The notes under the pieces: model-generated | Told to the model about the DNA's origin: nothing | What the model saw: only the letters and a program-made list of their open reading frames with translations | The model's database searches: none | From: Rhynchopus sp. YZ270_cl-10 | Lineage: Eukaryota | Assembly: GCA_964035575.1 (NCBI GenBank) | Contig: OZ037842.1 | Span: 124,001 to 188,000, forward strand | Length of the DNA: 64,000 nucleotides | Direction: 5' to 3' | Program-made: the position numbers and the translations under genes | Shown here: piece after piece, positions 1 to 12,519 of the stretch | Numbering within the stretch: the first letter of the stretch is position 1 | Layout: each line of letters starts with the position of its first letter

Positions 1-1072
1 GCGAGAGTGGCGATCCTCACGGACAGCCAGTCCTCCATCCGCGCCCTGGAGGGAGGACCGCAGAAGGCAGTCGAACACACACTGCACGACATATGGCGTG
101 CGATACACACGCTCACGCGCAAAGGTGTACACGTCGACTTCCAGTATGTACCAAGCCATGTCGGCCTGACTGGAAACGAAGCTGCAGACAAAGAGGCAAA
201 GCGGCACGCAAACGCCATGGTACCACAACTGGAACCCATAGCGATGATGACGGCCGCCTCTCAGATCAAGAGGGTGGCAGCGCAGCACACCGTCACACCC
301 ACCGAAGACAGCGCATACGCGTGCCAGCACACCGACGCCAAAGCGAAGACGAAGACACAACTCCGCCACCCACAACTCCGCCCAAGACGACTGACGCGTA
401 AGGGCGCGCGTGAGATGAGACTCCTGCGCACAAGACGACACCCCCTCCTGTACACGGACAGGAGCCACAACGACACCCCCAACTGCAAGGCGTGCGGAAA
501 GACGAATGTGACGGCGAAACACCTCCTGAAGCAATGCCCCAAGCTTACTGACAAAAGAGCCAACCTGTGCAGCAACACCTCGTGGGGAACACTCCTCACT
601 CAACAACCAGAAGTGGTCCTAGAATACTTGGTGTCCTCCGGATTGTCTGATGACTCTCTGAGTGACCTTCTGAGACCAGCTGTAACGAATTGAAGGGAAC
701 ATAACTTTTTACTTTTATCTACTTTTACTTTTACTCTTACTAGCAACAAGAGGATACCAAAAACAAAGAAAACATCAAGCGAACACACCGACCAGCATAT
801 CAGCTGATCACGGGAACCTTTTTTCAGGCTTCCACCTTTTGACGTCAGGCCAGTGTCCTAAACGATGCTGCCACACCCTGAGGGGGAGGTGTGCTGTCTG
901 TAAACTCTGTGTGGCAACAACGGGGAGGTGACCTCCGTATATCGGCAACCCGCACGTCCTAGATGTGAAAAACGGCACCAGCCGGGACACGGTCCCGGGT
1001 TTACTCTGGATAGAACAAAAAAAAGAGCAGCCACACTGCTTCGGCAGCGCTAAAGAGACGAGAGTAAATACC

Positions 1073-1102
<30 letters not shown>
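1..1102 (+). mobile_element. 3' end of a non-LTR retrotransposon (ingi/I-group-like), truncated by the window start
   Basis: ORF ending at 693 carries RNase H and a terminal Zn knuckle, followed by an (ACTTTT)-rich segment and a 26-nt poly(A) at 1077-1102. That this poly(A) is the element's tail is inferred. Confidence 0.75.
7..693 (+). CDS. Retrotransposon polyprotein C-terminus: RNase H + CCHC zinc knuckle (5' partial)
   Basis: RNase H motifs ILTDSQS and QYVPSHVGLTGNEAADKEAK; C-x2-C-x8-H-x4-C (CKACGKTNVTAKHLLKQC). Confidence 0.88.
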   Translation: MAILTDSQSSIRALEGGPQKAVEHTLHDIWRAIHTLTRKGVHVDFQYVPSHVGLTGNEAADKEAKRHANAMVPQLEPIAMMTAASQIKRVAAQHTVTPTEDSAYACQHTDAKAKTKTQLRHPQLRPRRLTRKGAREMRLLRTRRHPLLYTDRSHNDTPNCKACGKTNVTAKHLLKQCPKLTDKRANLCSNTSWGTLLTQQPEVVLEYLVSSGLSDDSLSDLLRPAVTN

Positions 1103-1107
<5 letters not shown>

Positions 1108-1573
1108 TTTCGACAACTACTTTTTCAAGCCTGGAAAAAAAAAATTTTTTTTTGGGCCTGACCTTGGGACCTTGTGCACCGAAAAATGCAAAAAACGGCA
1201 AAATTTTGATGTTTTGAGCATCTGTGGGTGAATCATATGCACTGCTACAGTGGCCTATTATTGGGTGTTTTCCTTAGCAAATTCCTTCACAAAACTCATT
1301 TTTGATTTTGGCAAAGGCAAATTTCAGGTCAAAAAAAATCGCCGGGGGGCTTCGCCCCCCGAACCCCCCATTGGGGGGCTTTGCCCCCCAAACCCCCCAC
1401 TGGGGGGCGTAAAGCATACGCCCCCCAGACCCCCCTATGCAATTGGGGGCCTGCGGCGCAGTTCGGAACTCTAGTGCATACCTTACCGGAACTCCAAATG
1501 GAGGTGTTTTTGTGTTTGCAGCGTTACTACTTGCTATCATGCGCCATCTGACAGCTGCATACAGGAGAACACT

Positions 1574-1771
1574 ATGGTGTCCAGCATCGGGAGTGCGTAC
1601 AACTCGGCGCTGGATTTTATCGACGTGACGTGCAACTGGGAAGACGTCTCGCATATTCAGTACAAGTGTGAACGGTGCGAAAGCACTAACCAGTTTGCCA
1701 CGAGGCGGCAGCGCTACCTTGCTCCTCTCCCCGGTGTTCTGTTTTTTATTTTGAAAACTGGGTTGTCTTAG
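1574..1771 (+). pseudogene. Fragment resembling a ubiquitin-specific protease (peptidase C19) finger region
   Basis: YKCERC...ATRRQRYLAPLPGVLFFILK resembles the USP pattern YxCxxC...ATK...LPxVLxxHLKRF; short and isolated. Confidence 0.35.
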
Positions 1772-1829
1772 TGTGGACACCCGAGGATGAACTCCACTTT
1801 TCAAAACGCTGTTAAGTAACCGCTGATGA

Positions 1830-2790
1830 ACACGCTGATGATATCTCCTGTGTGGGAGATGTCGCACTGATGACGCTAAGGTTGCTCCCCACCGGTCCAT
1901 CATCACATGGGGGCGAAGCAGACGTTGTGGGTGGGCGGTTCTAGTCCGCTTTATTCTCGTTTCATGCTCGGGGGAAGTTGAGCGTTTTCTTCTTGATTGA
2001 CGCCCTTTTGGGGCGGTGGGGCCAGGCTCAGGGCGGTTTGTCGGGCACTGTATCAGGCAGTGCAGGCGGCTCAGGTTCTGGTAGAACGGGAGGGGACACG
2101 ATGGTGATGCGCTGCCTTGGCGTTCCCCGTCGCACAAGGCTTGTAGGGGTGGCGGTATTGTTACGCAGGCGTCGTCGGGGCGAGGTCCACTGAGCGGCAC
2201 GCGCAGTGATGGTGGTGTCGTAGGCGGGGAGGGGGCAGGTGCCCCAGTCACGGTCGGACAGGGAACTGATGGACCTCGTCAGGTACTTCAGGATAGTGGC
2301 AATGCTGCCGGCGCAGAGTTTGGCACGTGGAGTGTGCCCACCAGACCGGAGGTGCACCGATAGGCCGTAGGCAGTGCACCATCGTCACTTTCTCTCCGGG
2401 AACGGGGCAGTCCAGCTTGTTCTCGGTGCAGTGCTTCCGGAACCATCGAAGCCAGAGGGACATCACCTTCCCCCGCTCACGCACAGAAAGGGCATGGGCG
2501 ACCTGTTTGCACTGTCGCAGCGAGATGCCTGAGTATACCCCAAAGCTAATACCCAGCTCAATGTTGCTGATGCAACTGTTGCTGTCCTCAACGAATTCCA
2601 GAGACCTCAGCCACGCAAGAAAAGCAGTGTGTCGCTCAGGGCCGTATTTCCACGACGAAGGCGCCCTCAAGGGGAGCCGGCTCCAGTCAAAGTCCACGGA
2701 AAGTGACGGGGTGTCCGCAGCCTTGTCCCAGGGCAGGCGGGCTTTGGTACCCAGGCATTGTGTAGGGTAATTGTGTTTGCATACAGCCAA
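1830..2790 (-). pseudogene. Frameshifted, GC-rich coding remnant, probably retroelement-derived
   Basis: Overlapping - strand ORFs (2248-2790, 2028-2357, 1274-2251) with protein-like composition that change frame; family not recognised. Confidence 0.35.
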
Positions 2791-3700
2791 ACCAAGACAA
2801 CGTGGTCACCTTTAGTCCGTATTTGGATCGTAGTGACCAATGTCATGCGCTTAGGTGCCCATCAATGGGTCGGGGAGTGATCAAAGTTAAGGGAAATTAT
2901 TCTGGCGTAAATGATGGAGCAGATCTGCCGTCACTGCCTCACCCGGTCCCTCCCTTTGAAAAAAAAACACCTCGTATGACTTTCAGAGATGGCAATGCCC
3001 AATTCCTACCCTTGGTCTTGCAGCTCAGTCTACAATAGCCCTGCACTAGACACGGTCGTAGACTCGACTAAAGCACTGCCCCCGCATGTGCCTCGTCTTC
3101 TTTATCTTCTTATGATGAAAATACTTCTTCAGAGTCCACATTTGCATGCGGGCACCTAATACACCACACGTCGCCTTTTCTCGGTTTCCTAGACCCAGTC
3201 TCCCATCACCAATGAGGACACCTTCGGCAGGCCCACTAGTGGATGGGGCGCTTTGCCTTTACTGTCATTCCACCGCGTCTACAAGGGTTTTTGAGCGGAC
3301 TTGGCGTAGAACCGCCCATACAGTGTCCCCGACACTTCCCGCCCTCTCAATGCGTCCCAACGGTGTTGAACCCTCAGGTCCCCTGGCTTAGCCACTAAGA
3401 GAAAACCTGCAGCGTCCGCAGACGCATACACGTCTGCGGCCATCACTGGCTTAGAGGGGCTCAGGGCCGTGTGACGCACTGATTTCGACACGTTGCCGAA
3501 GAAGCGCGATCGCGCTTTGTGTGGTTTTGTGTATCCCTTGTGAACCTGGAATCGATAGCAGACAGGAAAAAGAGGATGGGCAGGCAGCACCTGCCCGACC
3601 TGTGTTAATGTGAATCAGTGATTGCCTGACAGATGTCTGGGTAACCGTGTATTCTGTGTGGGTATCCATGTCCGGAGTATACACGACGGTGAAGTAAAAT

Positions 3701-4090
3701 GACATGACATGACATGACATGACATGACATGACATGACATGACATGACATGACATGACATGACATGACATGACATGACATGACATGACATGACATGACAT
3801 GACATGACATGACATGACATGACATGACATGACATGACATGACATGACATGACATGACATGACATGACATGACATGACATGACATGACATGACATGACAT
3901 GACATGACATGACATGACATGACATGACATGACATGACATGACATGACATGACATGACATGACATGACATGACATGACATGACATGACATGACATGACAT
4001 GACATGACATGACATGACATGACATGACATGACATGACATGACATGACATGACATGACATGACATGACATGACATGACATGACATGACAT
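3701..4090. repeat. (GACAT)n microsatellite, 78 perfect copies
   Basis: Read directly; followed by CATG-rich degenerate copies and an imperfect inverted repeat at about 4170-4235. Confidence 0.98.
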
Positions 4091-5890
4091 GCGCTTTTAC
4101 ATGTGCTTTCCATGTAACTTTTTTTACATGTACTTTACATGTAAAGTGACATGACATGACAAGGTGCATGACCAGTTACATGACAAGACTAACAGGCCTT
4201 GTCATTATTTAGTCTTGTCATGCAACTAATCATACCCCCTTGTGTCATTGCTCACACTCGGTTGTGGTGCAACGGACCGGGGTACCCTAAATAGGGTCCG
4301 CGCGGGGTACTCAGTCCAATCCGGACTGAGCGCTCACCCCGAGTCCGCCGGGCTGACTCGGGGTCCGGCCAAAAGGGTCCGGCCACTCCATCGTGTGGTT
4401 TGTGTCAGATTGGTAGCCTTGAACAGGGAAATAGCTAATGGAATTGGAACCTCTGTCGCGGTGTCGCAACGACTGCTCTGCAAGTCGCCACCAGATCCAC
4501 TTTTATGAAAATAAGTGTAGGGGAGGACCTCTCACAACTTCTGAGCAAAGTCGGTTTTTGACACAAAATCGGGGTGCGTGGGCGGATAATTTGCTCCAAA
4601 TATGACCGTCGAAAATTGGGATTTTTCTGAAATTTGCATTGTACCCAGCAAAAATCCTCGTTTTTTTGAAGAATTTTACAAAAAATATGCTATACCCCCT
4701 ATGACTGGACCCAACTCCCCTCACTATTTTTTGCCTAAAAAAGCCCCAAAAATTCTGCAGGTTTTTTCAGGTTTTGCGATTTTTACGAGATTTAGCGTAG
4801 CCTCCTGGGAAAACTAATTTCATATTCATTCCGTTCAAAGAAAAGAAAGCAGGGGAGGGGAAATTATTAACTGTGAACAGAAAATCGAGAGAGAAAGAAG
4901 GAACAAGAAAGTTGGTGGGTAATGACGCTAAGCCTCGTGTTGCCAAGAATCACCAGATTACTTTATTGCGCTTTCAAAAAACGCGCGAAACCACCAAAGA
5001 GAAAGCTGGAGGAATGCACCGCACTGCTGTGCTGCTGTGCTGTGCATCCTCAGATAAAGAAATATGAATGCAAATTAGATCTGCCGAAGTAGCCGCATGT
5101 AAGAAAGAAATGAAGATATCCGAAAGACGCATATGGGCATCACTGTGCACACACATCTAACTCATGAATTATTTAGACATGAAATGTGCTTCGGTGACAC
5201 GCACGTCTACTGTAGAATAAGAAAGCAAAGCTTGGTAGTGAAAGAAACTAAAAGGCGAATCTCTTCCCCGCGGAGCTCAAAGACAGTCTTGAATAGATGA
5301 AAGACACCACGGAAAACAGAAAGAACACAAACAGAAAACAGCAAACATCCTATATGTCATGACGTTATTAACACATTACTTGAAACCTCAAAACACGGTA
5401 TTTGAGCAAAATAGGGGAAACCCTGGGTCCTTCTACAGGTCACAAAGTGAGTGATCAGGAACAGGATCAGGGAGGGAGGGGTTGGGTTGGGTGGGAACCC
5501 GGCTGGTGGGTATGCCGGATCCCGTAATCTGTGGGTGGGGGGAAGGTGGCTTCAAGAAAGTTAAAATAAAAGCAAAGTGAAAATGAACGCACTTCGAATG
5601 CCATACTGGACAGGATGCCATACAAACAAAAACAATGTCATATAAGATGCTATGAAGCCTCTCGTGCTAAGCTATGTGCATAAAAACACCACACTACACG
5701 TAAAAAGAAATGTGCCATCGCTTCTCCACATCTCTCTCAATGCACACACACATAATAACACCGTGAAAGCACCGATAACACTCCTGAAGGATCCACGTCT
5801 CTGCGGAACGCTCTCTGGGAAATCGTGATACTGAAGGTGTCACTCGGATCCTAGAGCCTGCACCTGGTACAGACCGTGAACATCTACAGA

Positions 5891-5979
5891 TGGTGTGGCT
5901 GAACCCAAAAAAAAGGGTATTATTTAGCAGTTTGTTAGCAGTTCTTTAGCAGTGAAATTTGCTGGTTTCAGCCACACCA
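5891..5979. mobile_element. Tiny TIR element, TG..CA ends, 5-bp TSD
   Basis: TGGTGTGGCTGAA...TTCAGCCACACCA flanked by ACAGA on both sides; a partial relative lies at about 26291-26367. Confidence 0.65.
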
Positions 5980-6106
5980 ACAGATGCATCAAAGTACCTC
6001 AAAAATATGTCATACAGCCAAACATGCAGATGCAATAAACTAAAGGGTGGGGGTGTAAAAATGGATACTTCTGTGAAGCGATAAAACGTTCAAACAACAC
6101 AGCTTT

Positions 6107-6952
6107 TCAGTCCTCCTTCGTTTTCGATATGCTGAAGAGCCCACCGTCGCTGCCGCGGGAGTGGTACGCTGTAGTGCAATGCATCCCTCCACAGCTGTCT
6201 TCTGGGCTATTCGGGCACGGAAAGAAACAGTCTTCATTGGGGACTGGTGCGCCGACCGAGTTGCCGCAGTAGCATTCTCTGGATCGGTAGATGCCTGCGT
6301 ACATAAAGAGTTTGCGCCCGCAGGCGGACTGGCATTCGAAGACCCCATACCCATCGACGAGGAACTCTTCGAAGTGTTCGAGCTTGCCTGCTTTGCACCT
6401 CGGCAAAGCAGGGTACGGCATTAAACTCAGTGTGTTGCACGCTGTGCCTGACGTCCACTTCTTCGGGTGGCTCGAAGACCCGACTGAGAGCGTCTCGTCG
6501 TCGTGCATGGTAAGGAAGTTGGACTCGCCATTCGTGTTCGGGTACGTCCCTGTGTCCCACTTCGCCACACCACCCTTCTCGTAGATGACGAAGTTGCCGT
6601 CCGTCTGCATCACCGCCGCGTCCACGTCTGCGCTGTTCTGTGCCACAGTGTCAGAGGACCAGATCACGCTCACAACACCAATGGGGTTGCGTGTATAGTA
6701 CACAAGGTTCCCGTCCGTCTGAAACGTCAGCCACAACAGTTGGCCAGTGCACTTGCTTGTCATCGTGATTGTCGTGCCAGGGCTCATCCGTTCGCGAGGG
6801 TTCAAGTATATATCCCAGGGTGGCGGCGCATCCGGAAAAGCGTCAGCCACATCAACGCCAGGGCTGCCAGGGCTCAAGTACATATCCCCAACAGCGTCAG
6901 CCACATCAACACCCACAAGGAGCAACGGAGCTAACAGCTGAAACACGCGCAT
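6107..6952 (-). CDS. Secreted bulb-type (B) lectin + WSC domain protein, copy 1
   Basis: Signal peptide MRVFQLLAPLLLVGVDVADA; two QxDxNxVxY mannose-site motifs (QTDGNLVYY, QTDGNFVIY); WSC pattern CxxxC..YAGI....CYCG..C...C.....CGG. Confidence 0.9.
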   Translation of the reverse strand: MRVFQLLAPLLLVGVDVADAVGDMYLSPGSPGVDVADAFPDAPPPWDIYLNPRERMSPGTTITMTSKCTGQLLWLTFQTDGNLVYYTRNPIGVVSVIWSSDTVAQNSADVDAAVMQTDGNFVIYEKGGVAKWDTGTYPNTNGESNFLTMHDDETLSVGSSSHPKKWTSGTACNTLSLMPYPALPRCKAGKLEHFEEFLVDGYGVFECQSACGRKLFMYAGIYRSRECYCGNSVGAPVPNEDCFFPCPNSPEDSCGGMHCTTAYHSRGSDGGLFSISKTKED

Positions 6953-9785
6953 TTTGGTTGTTGTTTTCTTTTTTGTCTCTCAAGTTGAAAACCCTCCTGG
7001 TGATGAATATTACGCTTCTCGTATTCGGGGGAATGGGCCTGGATGGTGGTGATGTGACTGGTGTACATATTTCTCTTTGCTTCTAAGAGGTATTCTTGTC
7101 GTGCCACTAAAGGCTCACAGACAGCACACCTCATCCCTAGTGGCAGAGGTACGCTTTTCATTTTGAGTTAACATCATTGGGAAAATGCTCTCGTTAAGAA
7201 ATATGACCCAACATCGATTATTGAAAATGACCACCTTGCCATGCAAGAAATTAGCCCATTCTTCAACCAAGAAAGCACACTGGATAGGTACGAACCAACT
7301 GCCGTCATCAACTACCAAGGACCGCCTCTGGCAGCTGGGCACTACAAAGTCGATAGACGGAAGGGGAATCTTGGTTTAACATTGATGCAGAAAAAAACAA
7401 CGAGGATGAAGACAGAGAGAGAGAGAGAGAGAGAGATGTAGAGGGATACAAGAAGAGGGCCGCCCATCGTTGTCTTTGTGTTTAAAAGCAAACAATACGA
7501 ACCCAAAAGGGGAAAGGGTTCGGAAGTGGTAATACAAAGTGGCAGCTGTTGATGCAGGCACCTCCGACTGACTTACATACGGTGTCAGCCATCCGGATGA
7601 AAGCACAACTCACAACTCTGAAAATATACAACAAAAAATGGAGGCACAATGTCAAGCTGTGCCGTCTATATAAAAAGAAATCAAAATAAAGAGAGAAACG
7701 CTGCGGGGATATGTGGGCACCTTTGCAGGCACGACCAGAGGAGGGGCTGCAAGGGAGGGTGTCAAAAAGCGTCACAGAGCGTGGGAAAAAAATAGAAACG
7801 TTTAAAAGATGAACCGACGCCTCTCGTGTTTAGTCACCTTGAAAAAAGGGGGAAGTAGGTAAGATGAACCTAAGCAGAGTCATGGGGAAGGGGCAGGAGC
7901 ACAGGCAGAGGGGTTCATAGGTCGCAAAATAAATACAGCACTCTGCATAAGTTTTGCTATTTTGGCGACGTTATTGGTCACCAAAAATATTTGGAGTTCT
8001 GCAAAATGAATAAAAACTCAGATGACTCTTACGCCTCTCGTGTATACACACCTCTGAAAAGATGACTTTGGAAATACAAAGCCCTCTCGTGAAAAGTGTG
8101 CCTTGGTACGTGACCAGTACACCGTGGGTGGATCCGAACCATGACGATTTGGATACCTGTTGAGTGTTTGCATCTGGGAAAACTAATTTCATATTCATTC
8201 CGTTCAAAGAAAAGAAAGCAGGGGAGGGGAAATCATCAACTGTGAAGAGAAAATCGAGAGAGAAAGAAGGAACAAGAAAGTTGGTGGGTAATGACGCTAA
8301 GCCTCGTGTTGCCAAGAATCACCAGATTACTTCATTGCGCTTTCAAAAAACGCGCGAAACCACCAAAGAGAAAGCTGGAGGAATGCACCGCACTGCTGTG
8401 CTGCTGTGCTGTGCATCCTCAGATAAAGAAATATGAATGCAAATTCGATCTGCCGAAGTAGCCGCATGTAAGAAAGAAATGAAGATATCCGAAAGATGGC
8501 TTTCGAGCAAAAACGACTGCAGACAAGATCCGGTATAAAAAAACAAAATAGAAACTTAACACTCATCACACGATAAAACCCATGGGAGGTGAAACGCACA
8601 CACCTCGACCTGTTTGGTGAGGCGTGGCTCTGCAGCGCGGTTCGTCCCTAGAACCGCGAGTGTGTTCAAAATGCTTTGTTTCTATTTCCTCCTTCATTTC
8701 ATGAGGTGACAAAAGAAAATATTTAGACATGAAATGTGCTTCGGTGACACGCACGTCTACTGTAGAATAAGAAAGCAAAGCTTGGTAGTGAAAGAAACTA
8801 AAAGGCGAATCTCTTCCCCGCGGAGCTCAAAGACAGTCTTGAATAGATGAAAGACACCACGGAAAACAGAAAGAAAAGAAACAGAAAACAGCAAACATCC
8901 TATATGTCATGACGTTATTAACACATTACTTGAAACCTCAGAACACGTTATTAGGGGAACACCATAACACATATTGTTTGAGCAAAATCGGGAAACCTGG
9001 GTAAATAAAATACGCTCGTGCCGTGAGCACTTTACTAGGGAACACCGTGATCCTTCTACAGGTCACAAAGTGAGTGATCAAGAACAGGATCAGGGAGGGG
9101 GGGGTTGGGTTGGGTGGGAACCCGGCTGGTGGGTATGCCGGATCCCGTAATCTGTGGGTGGGGGGAAGGTGGCTTCAATAAAGTTAAAATAAAAGCAAAG
9201 TGAAAATGAACGCACTTCGAATGCTCTACTGGACAGGATGCCATACAAACAAAAACATATAAGATGCTATGAAGCCTCTCGTGCTAAGCTATGTGTATAA
9301 AAAGACCACACAGTGACACCATAAACAACAAAACACTATAAAAAGCTTCACGACAAAAAACATCAGGTCTCTTGTTTGTGGCGAAAAAGTGGAAAAGGTG
9401 TGAAACTTCGTTTGGTGTTGTGTGTGAATCAAACAGTCAATTCTAAAGCATGTTGTTGGTTCTCCGTTTTGTTTGCCCAAAAGCGCTGCCTCCAATCTTG
9501 TTAGTAATGACAACTAAAAGATGTTGTTGTGTGAAACAAAACTGCACAAAAAGATTACACAAATCCCACATCGAGAAAAAAACAAAAACAAAAACAAAAA
9601 GGAACACGTGAACAATGAATGTGCATCTCTTCTCCTCTCTCATGCACACACATCTAGAAACACCTTGAAAGCACGAACATGCAGATGCAATAAACTAAAG
9701 GGTGGGGGTGTAAAATGGATACTTCTTTGAAGCGATAAAACGTTAAAACAACACAGAGTTTCACAAAAAAACCACCTTTGTCAAT

Positions 9786-10574
9786 TCAGTCCTCCTTCGT
9801 CTTCGACGCGCTGAAGAGCTCACCTTCGCCGTCGCGGACGAGGAACACTGTGGAGGCTTCTGGCCCTCCACATTGTTCTTGGCTTTTCCAGCAGCGATCC
9901 GAACAGTCTTCATCGGGGAGTGGCAGGCCAAGCGAGTCGCCGCAGTAGCACTTGTCGCCTTGGTAGATGCCTGCGTACACATAGTGCCCGTGTTTGCAGG
10001 CGGACTTGCATTCGAAGATCTCGTCGCCGCCAAAGCCAGGAAAGATGACGTGATCGAGGAATTCAAGCATGCCTGCATAGCACCCCGGCATGGTAGGGAT
10101 AACCGGCGTCGGTGCTGGTGTAGGGATGCACGATATGCCTGCCGTCCACTTCTTCGGGTGGCTCAAAGACCCGACTGAGAGCGTCTCGTCGTCGTGAATG
10201 GTAAGGAAGTTGGAATAGCCAATCGTGTTCGGGAACGTCCCTGAGCTCCACTTTGGCACAGAACCCTTCTCGTAGACAACGAAGTTGCCGTCCGTCTGCA
10301 TCACCGCCGCGTCCACGTCTGCACTGTTCTGTGCCACAGTGTCAGAGGACCAGAGTACGATCGCAGCACCGTGGTAGCTGCGTGCATAGTACACAAGGTT
10401 CCCGTCCGTCTGGAACGACAGCCATATCAGTTGGCCAGTACACGAGCTTGTCGTAAAGATTTTTGTGCCAGGGTTTAGCAGTTCGCCAGCGTTCAAGTAT
10501 TTATCCCCACTATAAGCGTCGGCCATATCAACACCCACAAGGAGCAACGGAGCTAACAGCTGAAACACGCGCAT
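9786..10574 (-). CDS. B-lectin + WSC protein, copy 2 (start reassigned to ATG at 10574)
   Basis: Same architecture; MRVFQLL start matches the other six paralogs. Confidence 0.9.
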   Translation of the reverse strand: MRVFQLLAPLLLVGVDMADAYSGDKYLNAGELLNPGTKIFTTSSCTGQLIWLSFQTDGNLVYYARSYHGAAIVLWSSDTVAQNSADVDAAVMQTDGNFVVYEKGSVPKWSSGTFPNTIGYSNFLTIHDDETLSVGSLSHPKKWTAGISCIPTPAPTPVIPTMPGCYAGMLEFLDHVIFPGFGGDEIFECKSACKHGHYVYAGIYQGDKCYCGDSLGLPLPDEDCSDRCWKSQEQCGGPEASTVFLVRDGEGELFSASKTKED

Positions 10575-11916
10575 TTTTGGTTGTTGTTGTTTTCTTTTTT
10601 CTCTCAAGTTGAAAACCCTCCTGGTGATGACCATTACGCCTCTTGTGTATACACACCTCTGAAAAGATGACTTTGGAAATACAAAGCCCTCTCGTGAAAA
10701 GGGTGCCTTGGTACGTGACCAGTACACCGTGGGTGGATCCGAACCATGACGATTTGGATACCTGTTGAGTGTTTGCATCTGGGAAAACTAATTTCATATT
10801 CATTCCGTTCAACGAAGAGAAAGCAGGGGAGGGGAAATCATCAACTGTGAAGAGAAAATCGAGAGAGAAAGAAGGAACAAGAAAGTTGGTGGGTAATGAC
10901 GCTAAGCCTCGTGTTGCCAAGAATCACCAGATTACTTCATTGCGCTTTCAAAAAACGCGCGAAACCACCAAAGAGAAAGCTGGAGGAATGCACCGCACTG
11001 CTGTGCTGATGTGCTGTGCATCCTCAGATAAAGAAATATGAATGCAAATTAGATCTGCCGAAGTAGCCGCATGCAAGAAAGAAATGAAGATATCCGAAAG
11101 ATGGCTTTCGAGCAAAAACGACTGCAGACAAGATCCGGTATAAAAAAACAAAAGAAAATATTTAGACATGAAATGTGCTTCGGTGACACGCACGTCTACT
11201 GTAGAATAAGAAAGCAAAGCTTGGTAGTGAAAGAAACTAAAAGGCGAATCTCTTCCCCGCGGAGCTCAAAGACAGTCTTGAATAGATGAAAGACACCACG
11301 GAAAACAGAAAGAACACAAACAGAAAACAGCAAACATCCTATATGTCATGACGTTATTAACACGTTACTTGAAACCTTAACACGTTATTAGGGGAACGCC
11401 ATAACACATATTGTTTGAGCAAAATCGGAAAACCTGGGTAATTAAAATACGCTCGTGCCGTGAGCACTTTACTAGGGAAGGAACAGGATCAGGGAGGGAG
11501 GGGTTGGGTTGGGTGGGAACCCGGCTGGTGGGTATGCGGATGCCGTCATCTGTGGGTGGGGGGAAGGTGGCTTCAATAAAGTTAAAATAAAAGCAAAGTG
11601 AAAACGAACGCACTTCGAATGCCATACTGGACAGGATGCCATACAAACAAAAACATATAAGATGCTATGAAGCCTCTCGTGCTAAGCTATCTGTATAAAA
11701 AAACAACACAGTGACACTATAAACGACATATAATATAAAAAGCTTCACGACAAAAAACATCAGGTCTCGTGTTTGTGGCAAAAAAGTGGCGAACAAAAAA
11801 GTGGAAAAGGTGTGAAACTTCGTTTAGTGGTGTGTGTGAATCAAACAGTCAATTATAAAGAATGTTTTTGGTTTTTCCGTTTTGTTTGCCCAAAAGCGCT
11901 GCCTCCAATCTTGTTA

Positions 11917-12245
11917 CCGTAAAAATATTTATTCTGGGCCGGAACAAAACTGGAACACCCCAAAAAATCGTCGATTGTTCCAGTTTTGTTCCGCACCAGC
12001 ATTGTTTTGGGGGGGTATCCGTGCCTTGTCAAAAAAAACGAGGAGTGCGACGAATTGTTTTTTGCCCAAAGATGCACGATGCATCTGGGTGGGGTGGGTA
12101 TGGGGATAAAAATTCTACCCCAACAGAACTGTTCTGCGCCGGAACAAAACTGGGACACCCCCAAAAACCCCAAGTGTTAGTTTTGTTCCGGTCCAGTATA
12201 CTTCTGTCTCAGAATAGTTACAGCCCAGAATAAATATTTTTACGG
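11917..12245. mobile_element. Tc1/mariner-type MITE (TA TSD)
   Basis: 23-bp perfect TIR CCGTAAAAATATTTATTCTGGGC, TA on both sides; empty site CTTGTTAGTAATGAC in unit 2 (about 9497); second copy at 24178-24508. Confidence 0.92.
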
Positions 12246-12519
12246 TAGTAATGACAACTAAAAGATGTTGTTGTGTGAAACAAAACTGCACAAAAAGATT
12301 ACACAAATCCCACAACCAAATTACATCGAGAAAAAAACAAAAACAAAAACAAAAAGGAACACGTGAACAATGAATGTGCATCTCTTAAGCACACATCTAG
12401 AAACACCTTGAAAGCATGAACAATAAACTAAAGGGTGGGGGTGTAAAATGGATACTTCTTTGAAGCGATAAAACGTTAAAACAACACAGCTTTTCACAAA
12501 AAAAACCACCTTTGTCAAT

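Noticed and set aside
1342..1474. Possible Helitron end (GGGGGCTTCGCCCCC hairpins, CTAG at 1471)
   Set aside because: No matching 5' end is visible, and such hairpins also occur inside hAT-like elements; left unassigned.
8164..8436. Recurrent spacer ORFs (MFASGKT..., MATRGLAS..., MLSYSTV...)
   Set aside because: They recur only because the spacer is duplicated; frames are broken between units and no domain is evident.
10575..10778. N-terminal extension of lectin copy 2 in the ORF track
   Set aside because: Chance read-through of spacer; all paralogs start at MR(V/A)FQLL.
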